This document shows positions 19,105 to 29,102 of a DNA stretch of 64,000 nucleotides, one piece after another (position 1 is the stretch's first letter; each line of letters opens with the position of its first letter). Origin of the DNA: an uncultured Gammaproteobacteria bacterium (GTDB lineage Bacteria > Pseudomonadota > Gammaproteobacteria > DRJJ01); the NCBI GenBank assembly GCA_947258795.1, contig CAMYJU010000003.1:141779-205778 (forward strand). Reading direction: 5' to 3'. The notes beneath the pieces were generated by a model, which saw only the letters and a program-made list of their open reading frames with translations, searched no databases and had not been told where the DNA came from. The translations under genes and the position numbers were made by a program.

Positions 19105-20544
19105 ATGATCCGACACTTTGAACTGCTGGTGCCTGGTGCCCAGAGCACGGCGGGCAGGCTTATGGTGAGTGCGCCATTTGATGGGGCGGATATCGCCAGT
19201 GTCGGGGCGGCGGACGCAGCGGTCGTCGAACAGGCACTGGATACCGCTTACCGCCTGTACCGGAACCGTAAACACTGGCTCAGCCGCGCACAACGTATCG
19301 GGATCCTGCAGAATCTGGTCAGGTTGATGCAGGACAAGATCGAATTGCTGAGTATCGAGGCCGCGCGTGAAGGCGGCAAGCCGTATACCGACTCGAAAGT
19401 CGAGGTGATACGGGCGATAGACAGTATACAGATCTGTATAGACTGTTTGCGAACCGAAGCCGGACACGAAATTCCGATGGGCGTGAATGCCGCATCCGAA
19501 CAGCATGTGGCGTTTACCCGGCATGAGCCGATCGGGGTTGTGGTCGCGGTCAGCGCCTTTAATCACCCGGTTAACCTGATCGCACACCAGGTCGGTCCTG
19601 CAATCGCGGCCGGTTGCCCGGTGATTGTCAAACCGGCTGAAGATACGCCGTTATCCTGCTTCAGGATGGTACAGTTGTTATATGAGGCCGGTCTGCCTGA
19701 ACCATGGTGCCAGGCGCTGGTGGTGAACGATATCGACCATGCCAGCAAGCTGGCCACGGATCCACGCGTCGGTTTTTTCAGTTTTATCGGTAGTGCCCGG
19801 GTCGGCTGGATGCTGCGTAGCCGCCTGGCGCCGGGTACCCGTTGTGCGCTGGAGCATGGAGGTGCGGCGCCGGTGATTATCAGTGACGATGCCGACCTGG
19901 AGGAGGCCTTGCCACGTCTGGCCAAGGGCGGCATGTACCACGCCGGGCAGGTTTGTGTATCGGTACAACGCGTGTTTTGTCACGAAAGCATGGCGCGGGA
20001 ACTGGCTGCCGGCCTGGCAGCACTGGCGCAAGCAATGACAGTAGATGACCCACTGTTACCCGAAACCGATGTCGGGCCGTTGATACGGCCGGCCGAAGTG
20101 GTCAGGGTCGGAGAGTGGGTGGAGCAGGCTATCGATGCCGGTGCCGAGTGCCTGTGTGGCGGGCAGGCGGTCTCGGAAACCTGCTATGAACCAACTGTAC
20201 TGTATAACCCGCCGGATGATGCGAAGGTATCCTGCCAGGAGATCTTCGGGCCGGTCATTTGTGTCTATCCGTATAGCGACATACAGGATGCGATAGCACG
20301 GGCCAATGCCTTGCCCTACAGTTTCCAGGCCGCTGTATTTACCCGTGACATCCACACCGCAATGCTGGCCTATCAGCAACTGGATGCCTCGGCGGTACTG
20401 GTCAATGAACATACCGCGTTCAGGGTCGACTGGATGCCGTTTGCCGGTCTGAAACAGTCGGGCCTGGGTATCGGCGGCATACCCTACACCTATCAGGACA
20501 TGCAGGTTGAAAAAATGCTGGTACTGAATTCACCGGCGGTGTAA
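19105..20544 (+). CDS. NAD(P)-dependent aldehyde dehydrogenase (possible succinic semialdehyde dehydrogenase)
   Basis: Motifs FNHP, KPAE, FIGS, LEHGG, catalytic GQVC and EIFGP. Confidence 0.9.
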   Translation: MIRHFELLVPGAQSTAGRLMVSAPFDGADIASVGAADAAVVEQALDTAYRLYRNRKHWLSRAQRIGILQNLVRLMQDKIELLSIEAAREGGKPYTDSKVEVIRAIDSIQICIDCLRTEAGHEIPMGVNAASEQHVAFTRHEPIGVVVAVSAFNHPVNLIAHQVGPAIAAGCPVIVKPAEDTPLSCFRMVQLLYEAGLPEPWCQALVVNDIDHASKLATDPRVGFFSFIGSARVGWMLRSRLAPGTRCALEHGGAAPVIISDDADLEEALPRLAKGGMYHAGQVCVSVQRVFCHESMARELAAGLAALAQAMTVDDPLLPETDVGPLIRPAEVVRVGEWVEQAIDAGAECLCGGQAVSETCYEPTVLYNPPDDAKVSCQEIFGPVICVYPYSDIQDAIARANALPYSFQAAVFTRDIHTAMLAYQQLDASAVLVNEHTAFRVDWMPFAGLKQSGLGIGGIPYTYQDMQVEKMLVLNSPAV

Positions 20545-20552
20545 CCGGCACT

Positions 20553-22103
20553 ATGTTAGAAAACGAATCTATAGGGCCAGGTTTTCTGCTTGATACGCTG
20601 ATGTTTATGTCAGCCTTGCTGATCCTGGTGTTGGGCCTGGGCATCCTTTATATCGCCATTCTTTATATCATTGATGTCACCCAGACCAAACAGGCGATCA
20701 GGCGTAACTACCCGGTGGTTGGCCGCCTCAGGTATTTCTTCGAGCATCTGGGCCAGTTCTTCCGGCAGTACTTTTTTGCGATGGATCGGGAAGAGCTGCC
20801 GTTTAACCGGGCCGAACGTAGCTGGGTCTATCGTGCCGCAAAAAACCTGGATAACACGGTTGCGTTCGGTTCCACCCGCAATATGCATAGTGAAGGCAAT
20901 GTACTGTTCGTGAATTGCCCGTTTCCGGTACTCGGCAAGGACGCGGCCTCGGTCGGTAATGTCATTATCGGCGAATACTGCAAGAAGCCCTATGTCACGC
21001 GTTCCCTGTTTAACATCTCCGGCATGAGTTATGGCGCGATCTCCAGACCTGCGGTACAGGCGCTGTCGAATGGCGCTCGCATGGCAGGTTGCTGGCTGAA
21101 CACCGGTGAAGGCGGTCTGTCACCCTATCACCTGGAGGGCGGCTGTGACCTGGTCTACCAGATCGGCACCGCAAAATACGGGGTACGGGATGAAGCAGGT
21201 AAGCTGAGTGAGGAACAGTTGCGTCAGGTCGCGGCCCACGAACAGGTGCGCATGTTCGAAATCAAGTTGAGCCAGGGCGCCAAGCCGGGCAAGGGCGGTA
21301 TCCTGCCGGGCGGCAAGGTTACCGCAGAGATTGCGGCAATACGTGGTATACCGGAAGGAGAGGATTCGATCAGTCCGAACCGGCACGAGGACATCAACAG
21401 TACCGAAGATCTGCTCAACATGCTCGACCGGGTTCGCCAGGTAACTGGCAAGCCAACCGGATTCAAATGCGTGGTCGGTGCCTATGGCTGGCTGGAGGAA
21501 CTGTTTGGCGCTATCCATCAGCGTGGTATCGAAAAGGCGCCTGACTTTATCACGATCGACAGTGCTACCGGTGGCAGTGGCGCGGCGCCGATGAGCCTGA
21601 TTGATTATGTCGGTCTGCCGATTTCAGAAAGCCTGCCAATGGTCGCGGATATGCTGATCAAGTACAATCTGAAACACAGGATCAAGCTGATTGCGTCAGG
21701 CAAACTGATTACGCCGGGTGAAGTGGCGTGGGCCCTGTGCGTTGGCGCCGACTTCGTTGTGTCGGCCAGGGGGTTTATGTTTGCCCTGGGTTGTATCCAG
21801 GCCTTACAATGCAACCGCAATACCTGTCCAACTGGTGTCACCACACATAATAAAAAATTGCAGAAGGGGCTGGTGCCGGGAGAGAAGGCGGTCAGGGTCA
21901 GTAATTATTGCGGGAACATGGTACACGAGGTCGGTGTGATCGCACATTCCTGCGGCGTACTGGAGCCAAGGCAATTAAAGCGTTTTCATGCGCGCATCGT
22001 ACTGGACAATGGCAGGTCAGTTTCGCTGGATGAGTTGTATCATGTACCGGTGGCTGGTGCTGCGTTGGCAGATTCTCAGAATAACAGGGATGTGCCGAGT
22101 TGA
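20553..22103 (+). CDS. FMN-binding glutamate synthase family protein (stand-alone, with N-terminal TM)
   Basis: Motifs MSYGA, NTGEGG, EIKLSQGAKPGKGG and the [3Fe-4S] motif GCIQALQCNRNTCPTGV. Confidence 0.9.
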   Translation: MLENESIGPGFLLDTLMFMSALLILVLGLGILYIAILYIIDVTQTKQAIRRNYPVVGRLRYFFEHLGQFFRQYFFAMDREELPFNRAERSWVYRAAKNLDNTVAFGSTRNMHSEGNVLFVNCPFPVLGKDAASVGNVIIGEYCKKPYVTRSLFNISGMSYGAISRPAVQALSNGARMAGCWLNTGEGGLSPYHLEGGCDLVYQIGTAKYGVRDEAGKLSEEQLRQVAAHEQVRMFEIKLSQGAKPGKGGILPGGKVTAEIAAIRGIPEGEDSISPNRHEDINSTEDLLNMLDRVRQVTGKPTGFKCVVGAYGWLEELFGAIHQRGIEKAPDFITIDSATGGSGAAPMSLIDYVGLPISESLPMVADMLIKYNLKHRIKLIASGKLITPGEVAWALCVGADFVVSARGFMFALGCIQALQCNRNTCPTGVTTHNKKLQKGLVPGEKAVRVSNYCGNMVHEVGVIAHSCGVLEPRQLKRFHARIVLDNGRSVSLDELYHVPVAGAALADSQNNRDVPS

Positions 22104-22133
22104 ATCATGGTTTAGTCGATAGAGAGACAGCAT

Positions 22134-23054
22134 TTGTCCTTATACGAGTCCGTATTAAAATTTTTTTGTATTGAGTTTGACCGTGTCAGTCATACCGAGA
22201 TACTGGTGGCGACACTGGGTGGTATAACCGGGATCACCCTGATTGCCTGGATCAGTTTCCAGTTTACCGATGCCCAGGGTGCGGCATTGATCGTGCCGTC
22301 CATGGGCGCATCGGCTGTATTGCTGTTTGCCGTTCCACACGGCAAGCTTTCCCAGCCCTGGGCCCTGATCGGTGGCCACCTGATATCGGCCGTGATGGGC
22401 GTGAGTATTTACTATCTGGTCCCGGACATTTTTCTGGCCTCAGGACTGGCAGTGGGTTTGGCTATCGGGGCGATGCACCTGCTCGGCTGTATTCATCCTC
22501 CAGGTGGCGCAACAGCACTGGCGGCCATCATTGGTGGTCCCGCGATCCATGCGCTGGGTTACCACTATGTACTGACCCCGATATTGTTGAATTCAGTTAT
22601 CCTGCTGCTAGTTGCAATGGTCTTTAACAGCGCCTTCCCGTGGCGTCGTTATCCGGTTAGTATGATGCGGTTTTCAGAAGTATCGGCCAGTGAACTATCA
22701 AGGCCCGAGCATGTCATTGATATGCAGCATATCGAGCAGGCCGTCACCGATATGGACCTGGTTGTGGATGTGACCACAGAAGACCTGCAGCGCCTGTTTA
22801 TTCTGAGTCAGGAACATGCGGCGCGACAGCGCCTGACACCGGAGGGCATACGTCTGGGTGGATGCTATACCAATGGCAGGCATGGTGCCGAGTGGTGTGT
22901 ACGCCAGATTATCGATGAATCTGCGCATACAGATCCGGTCCGGGACATGGTGATCTACCGGGTCGTGGAAGGACACGGGCTGCACAGTGCCAGCAGTTGT
23001 ACCCGGCGCGAGTTCGCCAACTGGGCGGCGCGGGAACTGAAACCGGCATCGTGA
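22134..23054 (+). CDS. HPP-family membrane protein with additional C-terminal soluble domain
   Basis: Motifs GASAVLLF, SQPW and HPPGGA. Confidence 0.88.
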   Translation: MSLYESVLKFFCIEFDRVSHTEILVATLGGITGITLIAWISFQFTDAQGAALIVPSMGASAVLLFAVPHGKLSQPWALIGGHLISAVMGVSIYYLVPDIFLASGLAVGLAIGAMHLLGCIHPPGGATALAAIIGGPAIHALGYHYVLTPILLNSVILLLVAMVFNSAFPWRRYPVSMMRFSEVSASELSRPEHVIDMQHIEQAVTDMDLVVDVTTEDLQRLFILSQEHAARQRLTPEGIRLGGCYTNGRHGAEWCVRQIIDESAHTDPVRDMVIYRVVEGHGLHSASSCTRREFANWAARELKPAS

Positions 23055-23091
23055 TTCTGGCCGGTGATACGGGCTCTACACAGGAAACTGA

Positions 23092-23550
23092 ATGTTAAAC
23101 GTGATCAAGCAATACTTTCTCGAACGGGTAAATCCGGTCGAGACCCTGGGCAGTGAACAGCAGGCAATTCAGCGGGCGACTGCCGTGCTGATGGCCGAAA
23201 TGATGCGCATGGATGGTGATATCGATGAGGCCGAGCGTGAGGTGATCAGGTCGGCGCTGTACGGACACTTTAAACTGGGCCGTGAAGAGATTGATACGAT
23301 ACTGGAGTTGGCAGAGATCGAGGCGGAGGCCTCCCACGATTACTACCAGTTTACCTCACTGATTAACAACAGTTTTTCTGCTGAGCAGAAGATAGCGGTG
23401 ATCGAGTCCCTGTGGCGTATCGCCTATGCGGACGGCGTCCTGAACAAGTACGAAGAGCATCTGCTGCGCCGCATCTCCGACCTGATCTATGTTGCTCACC
23501 GGGATTTTATCGCCGCCAAGCACCGGGTACAGGAACAGCTGGGCGTTTAA
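23092..23550 (+). CDS. TerB-family protein
   Basis: Patterns 'MRMDGDIDEAE' and 'IAYADG..YEEHLLRRI'. Confidence 0.85.
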   Translation: MLNVIKQYFLERVNPVETLGSEQQAIQRATAVLMAEMMRMDGDIDEAEREVIRSALYGHFKLGREEIDTILELAEIEAEASHDYYQFTSLINNSFSAEQKIAVIESLWRIAYADGVLNKYEEHLLRRISDLIYVAHRDFIAAKHRVQEQLGV

Positions 23551-23674
23551 CGCGGCTGCCGCGCCCATCCGGACAAACAGGCAAATACCGGGAAAGAAAG
23601 AACTTTTTTATCAAGTTTGGGCTCCATCGACCGATAAGACATGAAGGAGAATCACCTTAGTCGGTAGGGTTTAA

Positions 23675-24487
23675 GTGGAAAGTAGCCAGCAAATCGGGAT
23701 AGCAGATCTGGATGTCTGTGTAATAGAGCCTTCCCAGGTACAGGGGCGTATTATAGATAAGCACCTAAGGGAAATGGGTGTGGGTAAGGCACGCGTGTAT
23801 CAGAGCCCGATCAAGGCACTGGATGAAATGCACATCACCCAGCCAGACCTGGTGATCAGCGCACTGTATATGCCTGAGATGACCGGCACCGAGCTGGTGC
23901 AGACCATGCGTACGCGACCGAAACTGGAAACCATTCCGTTTATGCTCATCTCCAGTGAAACCTCTTTTTCAGCACTGGATCCGATCCGCCAGGCCGGTGT
24001 GGTCGCGATAATACCAAAGCCGTTCCAGCCGCACGATTTACAGGTGGCGTTAATGACCACCATCGAACATATCCAGCCTGATAATTCCTTGCTGGATGAG
24101 CAGATCCTGGACGAGGTGGAGGTGCTGGTGGTCGACGATAGCTCGATGGCGCGCAAGCATGTGATACGTATCCTCAGGCAGATGGGTATAGAAAATATCA
24201 CCGAGGCGGAAGACGGTACCGATGCGGTTGATATTATCCAGCAGAATTTCTTTGATCTGGTGGTCACAGACTATAATATGCCCGACATGGATGGTGATAA
24301 GCTAATTGAATTCATTCGTGAACAGAGCAATCAGCGTTCGATACCGGTACTCATGGTGACCAGTGAGGATGATGAAAGCAGACTGGCAGCGGTACAGCAG
24401 GCAGGGGTGTCCGGTATCTGCGACAAACCGTTCCGTCCCAGCCATATGAAACACTTGATTGCGAATCTGCTGGAAGATAGTTTTTAA
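23675..24487 (+). CDS. Tandem receiver-domain (REC-REC) response regulator
   Basis: Two CheY-like domains. The second has VVDD, DYNMP and KPF, while the first lacks the phosphoacceptor Asp. Confidence 0.88.
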   Translation: MESSQQIGIADLDVCVIEPSQVQGRIIDKHLREMGVGKARVYQSPIKALDEMHITQPDLVISALYMPEMTGTELVQTMRTRPKLETIPFMLISSETSFSALDPIRQAGVVAIIPKPFQPHDLQVALMTTIEHIQPDNSLLDEQILDEVEVLVVDDSSMARKHVIRILRQMGIENITEAEDGTDAVDIIQQNFFDLVVTDYNMPDMDGDKLIEFIREQSNQRSIPVLMVTSEDDESRLAAVQQAGVSGICDKPFRPSHMKHLIANLLEDSF

Positions 24488-24489
24488 CA

Positions 24490-24666
24490 ATGAAAAAGAT
24501 AAGAAATTTTCTTGCAACCGGTCTCGCGTTACTGTTCGTTGCAGGCTGCACGCCACCTGTTGGCAGTGAGGCCTGGTGCAAGCATATGCAGAACAAGGAT
24601 GCCGGCGATTGGTCCGCCAATGAGGCCACGGACTACGCCAAACACTGCGTGTTCAAGTCTAACTGA
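24490..24666 (+). CDS. DUF3012-family small lipoprotein
   Basis: Read by hand (MKKIRNFLATGLALLFVAGC-TPPVGSEAWCKHM..GDWSANEATDYAKHCVFKSN), with lipobox VAGC. Confidence 0.8.
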   Translation: MKKIRNFLATGLALLFVAGCTPPVGSEAWCKHMQNKDAGDWSANEATDYAKHCVFKSN

Positions 24667-24789
24667 TCAAAATACAGGATCACCTGCGACAATCTACCCC
24701 TGGGGCAAAGCAGATTGCTGGTCAGTAATCAGCCGTATACAAAAGCTGCCTGAACTGGGTTAAGATGACTGCTCAAGCCAGGGAATGAC

Positions 24790-25830
24790 ATGGATATGAG
24801 CAGTCAAGACCAATACACCAGGACGTTACTGTTCCTTGTTTTTAGCTGTATCGCCAGCATCGTTCTGCTGGCGTATCCATATCAGACTGTAGCTGCAGCT
24901 GTGCAGTTGACCGAAGTCAAGGCGGCCATGCAGATCGTCGAATTGACCGGCTATACCCGTGCGCGCAACAGTCTGCCCCTGTCAGCCGAGGCCGATGGTC
25001 GTGTTAAACATGTGTATGCCGATGTCGGGCAGGTCATAGCGGAAGACGGCCGGGTTGCCTGTATGGATACCGCCTTTATCGATCTGGATATCGAGACCAA
25101 CAAAACCGACCAGCTCAGGCTCAAGGCTGACCTGGAATACTTCAGCCGTCAGGTGAAACGCTACAAGCGGCTGGTACGAGAAAAGAGTTCCGCGCAGAGC
25201 CAGCTGGACGATTTTGTTCGTCAGCAGTCCTCGTCACGCCAGCGACTGGCGGCGCTGGAAATCGATGCGCGACGCCTGGCCGAAAAACTGTCCAGACACT
25301 GTATCGTTGCACCCGCCGGCTGGCAGCTGACGGAACGAGCAATCGAGCCCGGGCAGTGGGTCCGGTCAGGTCAGCAGGTTGGTATGGCAGGCAATTATCG
25401 CAAGCTGCTGGTACCGTTTTCACTGACCGTGGCAGAGTTAGCTGCCTTGCAGCGTGATGCGGACTCCCTGCAGGTCTATCTGCCTGACAGTCAGCTAACG
25501 GTAAGCGCCACGATCGAGCGCATCTCGCCGGCCTATGATCCGGCTACCCGCAAAAGGCATGTTGACCTGCTGGTCGAGCAGGCGGCATCGATCAATAGTG
25601 GCGGTGTACGGGTGCTACTGCGACTGTCACTGAGTGACCGTTCCGGTGCGGTTATGGTTCCCGCCTCGACGCTGACAGAAAAATACGAGCAATTCTGGCT
25701 GACCCGTGAAGACGGTCGTGAAGTCAGGGTGGTGTATCTGGGTAAAGTGGTCAACGCTGATGACAAGCGGCAATGGGTGCGCATACAGTCAAGCGAGCTT
25801 GAGCCAGGCGATCGTGTAAGGCTCAGGTAA
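24790..25830 (+). CDS. RND efflux periplasmic adaptor (MFP)
   Basis: N-terminal anchor, lipoyl/hairpin organisation and ISPAYDPATR, overlapping the permease start. Confidence 0.88.
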   Translation: MDMSSQDQYTRTLLFLVFSCIASIVLLAYPYQTVAAAVQLTEVKAAMQIVELTGYTRARNSLPLSAEADGRVKHVYADVGQVIAEDGRVACMDTAFIDLDIETNKTDQLRLKADLEYFSRQVKRYKRLVREKSSAQSQLDDFVRQQSSSRQRLAALEIDARRLAEKLSRHCIVAPAGWQLTERAIEPGQWVRSGQQVGMAGNYRKLLVPFSLTVAELAALQRDADSLQVYLPDSQLTVSATIERISPAYDPATRKRHVDLLVEQAASINSGGVRVLLRLSLSDRSGAVMVPASTLTEKYEQFWLTREDGREVRVVYLGKVVNADDKRQWVRIQSSELEPGDRVRLR

Positions 25831-28800
25831 TGCGCACGCTTGTTCAATTCTCGCTGCGACAAAAGGTTTTTTTCAACCTGCTGTTTGTTTTTCTGATTAT
25901 TGCCGGCGCCTTCTCACTGGCCAATCTTCCTACCGAGCGTTACCCCAATGTCAATTTCGGTGAAGTGATCGTCTCTACTTCGTATCCGGGTGCATCGCCG
26001 GTCGATGTTGAACTGCTGGTCACCCGCAAGATCGAGGAGGTGCTGGAAACCATACGCGATGTGGACTGGATTTCCGCCACCTCGTTCCGCGGGCGATCAC
26101 ACATCAGGATGAAGTTTGTTGATGACGCTGATTATGACGCGCTGTATAACGAAGTGCGATTCAGTGTTATGAACATGCTCGGTGAGTTGCCTGACGATAT
26201 CGACCCGCCCTTTATCAACAGTGCCACGGTCGAAGATTTTCTGCCGGTTATCGTGATCAACCTGGTTGGTGACCATGATAACCGTGCGCTGGCGCTGATG
26301 GCCGAGAAAATCAAGGCGCATATACGCGGTACAGCTGGCGTCAAGGAAATCCAGATGGCTGGTGAGTATGTACGCGAATTCCATGTGCATCTGAGCCTGG
26401 AAAAAATGAACGCGTTGGGTGTGACCTACGATGAAGTTATTCGGGTAATGGAGCAGAAGAACCTGACTATCCCGGCCGGGGATTTCAGTGACGCATCCGG
26501 GGAATTTGTGGTACGCGCCGATGAGAAGTTTCGTGACCGCGATGACATCACCCGTACCATCATACGTAGTGATGGTGATGGCAGTTATGTGCGTATTGGT
26601 GATGTGATCAACTACGCCGAGCGTTCCTATCGCGATCGTGCAGTGATTGCGTCGGTTAACGGACAATCCTCGCTGGCGCTGAAGGTGATCAAGACCGATG
26701 CCGGTAATGCGCTGGATATCAAGCGCGAAGTACTGTCCGGTCTGAACGAGATGGAGGCCGAGCTGCGCGAAGAGGGCGTAGAGCTGGTGATCACGCAGGA
26801 CTCGACGCTGTATATCCGCGAATCACTGGGCACGATGACCCTGAACATGCTCGCCGGGATCTTCCTGGTTTCCTTGCTGATCTGGTATTTCATGGGCTGG
26901 CGCAACGCCGGCATTATTACGGTCGGCATCCCGTTTTCATTCATGATCACCATGGTGATCATGTACCTGACCGGCAACAGCCTGAATGAAATCAGCCTGT
27001 TCGCGCTGGTGCTGGTTACCGGTATCATTGTTGATGATGCGATAGTCGTGACCGAGAATATCTACCGTCATGTGCAGGAAGGTCATACCCTCCGTAATGC
27101 CATTGTCAACGGCACGGCCGAGGTTGCACTGCCCGTGGTAGCGGCGACCATGACGACTGTTGCGGCGTTCATGCCAATGCTGATCATGTCGGGCAGTACC
27201 GGCGAGTTTTTTGCACAGATACCGAAAGTGGTCAGTTTTGCGATTGTGGCCTCATTGATCGAGTGCCTGATTATCCTGCCGATACACTATTTTGATTTCG
27301 GCCCCGGGAAGACATACAAGGCACCGCCACATGAAGTCGATAATGGTTTAATGCGTGTGTTGCGACGCTGGACCGAAAGCCTGTTGGCTTTGACCATGCG
27401 TTATCGCTTGCGCAGCGTGTTGTTGGTCGTGCTCGCGTTTGTCGTTTCTGTCGTCATACTCGGCCTGTCGGCCAGCGGCCGCGTTTCCCTGATCCGTATC
27501 CAGTTCTTTCCGGATGATTACACTATCTACTATGCCGATGTGGAAGGGCCGAGTAGTACAGCGGTCGAGGTCATGGATGTCAAGGTGCGCGAGATGGCGC
27601 GATTTATCCTGCAAGAGGCCGGTGACATGGCGCGTTCCGCCTCGTCCTTTGCCGGATTCAATGTCAATGACGACTATGAACAGGTGTTTGGCAGCAATCG
27701 CGGTACCGTCATGGTGTCGCTGCCACCGAAGGACGAGATCGAGGCCAGGGACTCAGTGGCACACCTCGATCATATACGGGTAAAGATCAAGGAGCGATTC
27801 GAGCAAGACGGCTTCCGCATCAAGGTGCATGCACAAAAGGACGGTCCGCCCCAGGGTATGGATATCAATGTACGCGTGATTGGCAGTAATCCGGATGATA
27901 TCGACAACCTTGCCAGAGACCTGCTTGTGTTCATGCAACAGGAGGAAAAACTATCACCTTACCTGGTGGATCTGAGCGACGATCGCGGCCTGCCCAAACG
28001 CGTACTGAGATTCAGGGTCAAGGACGAGCAGGTACGTGAATACCAACTTGACAATGCCCAGGTACTGCGGCTGGCGGCCAGTGTGCTGGATGGTCGCTAT
28101 ATCGGCAAGTTTCGTCTGACCGACGAGGAAGTGGATCTGAAGGTCTATGTGGATCCGGCCGAGCTGGAAAATCCGCAACATGCCCTGTATGTGCCGTTTA
28201 CCCATAAACAGGGTGGCAGTCTGTACCTGGGTGACCTGGTCGATCTGGTCGCCGATACTGAGCCGGGTGAACTGAATCGCTACCAGGGACAGCGTGCGAT
28301 AAGTATCAAGGCCAACCTGAAGGCCGATGCACCGATTGCATCACCGGCTGTGATCCACGAGGTCAAGCAGTACTACGAGACCATACGCAAACAGTATCCG
28401 GGCGCACAGGTAATTTTTGGCGGTGAGCATGAGGCTACCCAGCGCTCCTATGAGTCATTGGCCATGGCGTTTATCATCGCCGTGATGGTGATGTACGTGA
28501 TACTGGCGGCGCAGTTCCAGTCCTATCTGCAACCGATGATTATCCTGTCCGCGATTGTGTTTGCGCTGATTGGCGTGGTATTAGGCAAACTGTTCACGCA
28601 ATCGTTGTTTACTGTTAACAGTTTTATCGCGGTGATCGGTGTGGCCGGTGTTGTGGTCAATGACGCACTGGTGCTGATCGATTTCATGAACAAGTCGTAC
28701 CGGCGTGGTATGGACAGAAAGCAGGCGGTCAGGGAAGGTGTACGCATACGCCTGCGACCGATCACTCTGACCACGCTGACCACCAGCCTGGGCCTATTGC

Positions 28801-29018
28801 CGATGGCCATCGGTATCCCGCGCTATTCCCTGGTCTGGGGTACCATGGCATCGACCTTTGTCACCGGCCTGGCCATGGCCACCGCGCTGACCCTGTTTAT
28901 CGTGCCGGTATTGTGGGACCTGTTGCAGGGCTTTCATGAACGGCGTGACCGCCCGTCAGAACGGCGTATAGAGCCTGAAGACAGGACGGAAACAGTCGAC
29001 TGGACGACAGACAGGTAA
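25830..29018 (+). CDS. RND efflux permease (AcrB/AcrD/AcrF family)
   Basis: 1062 aa with YPGASP, GIIVDDAIVVTENI and RLRPITLTTLTT. Confidence 0.95.
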   Translation: MRTLVQFSLRQKVFFNLLFVFLIIAGAFSLANLPTERYPNVNFGEVIVSTSYPGASPVDVELLVTRKIEEVLETIRDVDWISATSFRGRSHIRMKFVDDADYDALYNEVRFSVMNMLGELPDDIDPPFINSATVEDFLPVIVINLVGDHDNRALALMAEKIKAHIRGTAGVKEIQMAGEYVREFHVHLSLEKMNALGVTYDEVIRVMEQKNLTIPAGDFSDASGEFVVRADEKFRDRDDITRTIIRSDGDGSYVRIGDVINYAERSYRDRAVIASVNGQSSLALKVIKTDAGNALDIKREVLSGLNEMEAELREEGVELVITQDSTLYIRESLGTMTLNMLAGIFLVSLLIWYFMGWRNAGIITVGIPFSFMITMVIMYLTGNSLNEISLFALVLVTGIIVDDAIVVTENIYRHVQEGHTLRNAIVNGTAEVALPVVAATMTTVAAFMPMLIMSGSTGEFFAQIPKVVSFAIVASLIECLIILPIHYFDFGPGKTYKAPPHEVDNGLMRVLRRWTESLLALTMRYRLRSVLLVVLAFVVSVVILGLSASGRVSLIRIQFFPDDYTIYYADVEGPSSTAVEVMDVKVREMARFILQEAGDMARSASSFAGFNVNDDYEQVFGSNRGTVMVSLPPKDEIEARDSVAHLDHIRVKIKERFEQDGFRIKVHAQKDGPPQGMDINVRVIGSNPDDIDNLARDLLVFMQQEEKLSPYLVDLSDDRGLPKRVLRFRVKDEQVREYQLDNAQVLRLAASVLDGRYIGKFRLTDEEVDLKVYVDPAELENPQHALYVPFTHKQGGSLYLGDLVDLVADTEPGELNRYQGQRAISIKANLKADAPIASPAVIHEVKQYYETIRKQYPGAQVIFGGEHEATQRSYESLAMAFIIAVMVMYVILAAQFQSYLQPMIILSAIVFALIGVVLGKLFTQSLFTVNSFIAVIGVAGVVVNDALVLIDFMNKSYRRGMDRKQAVREGVRIRLRPITLTTLTTSLGLLPMAIGIPRYSLVWGTMASTFVTGLAMATALTLFIVPVLWDLLQGFHERRDRPSERRIEPEDRTETVDWTTDR

Positions 29019-29102
29019 AATATTTCGCGAAATATGGAATAAAAATGCTAAAAAGGCTGTCTACGCTATACATACCAATAATGCGAAACACGGAGATCTG
29101 CG

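Noticed and set aside
18586..19587. 333-aa antisense ORF and other long antisense ORFs (e.g. 5697-6320, 37525-38124, 57730-58314)
   Set aside because: These are shadows of well-supported genes on the opposite strand and have no motifs.
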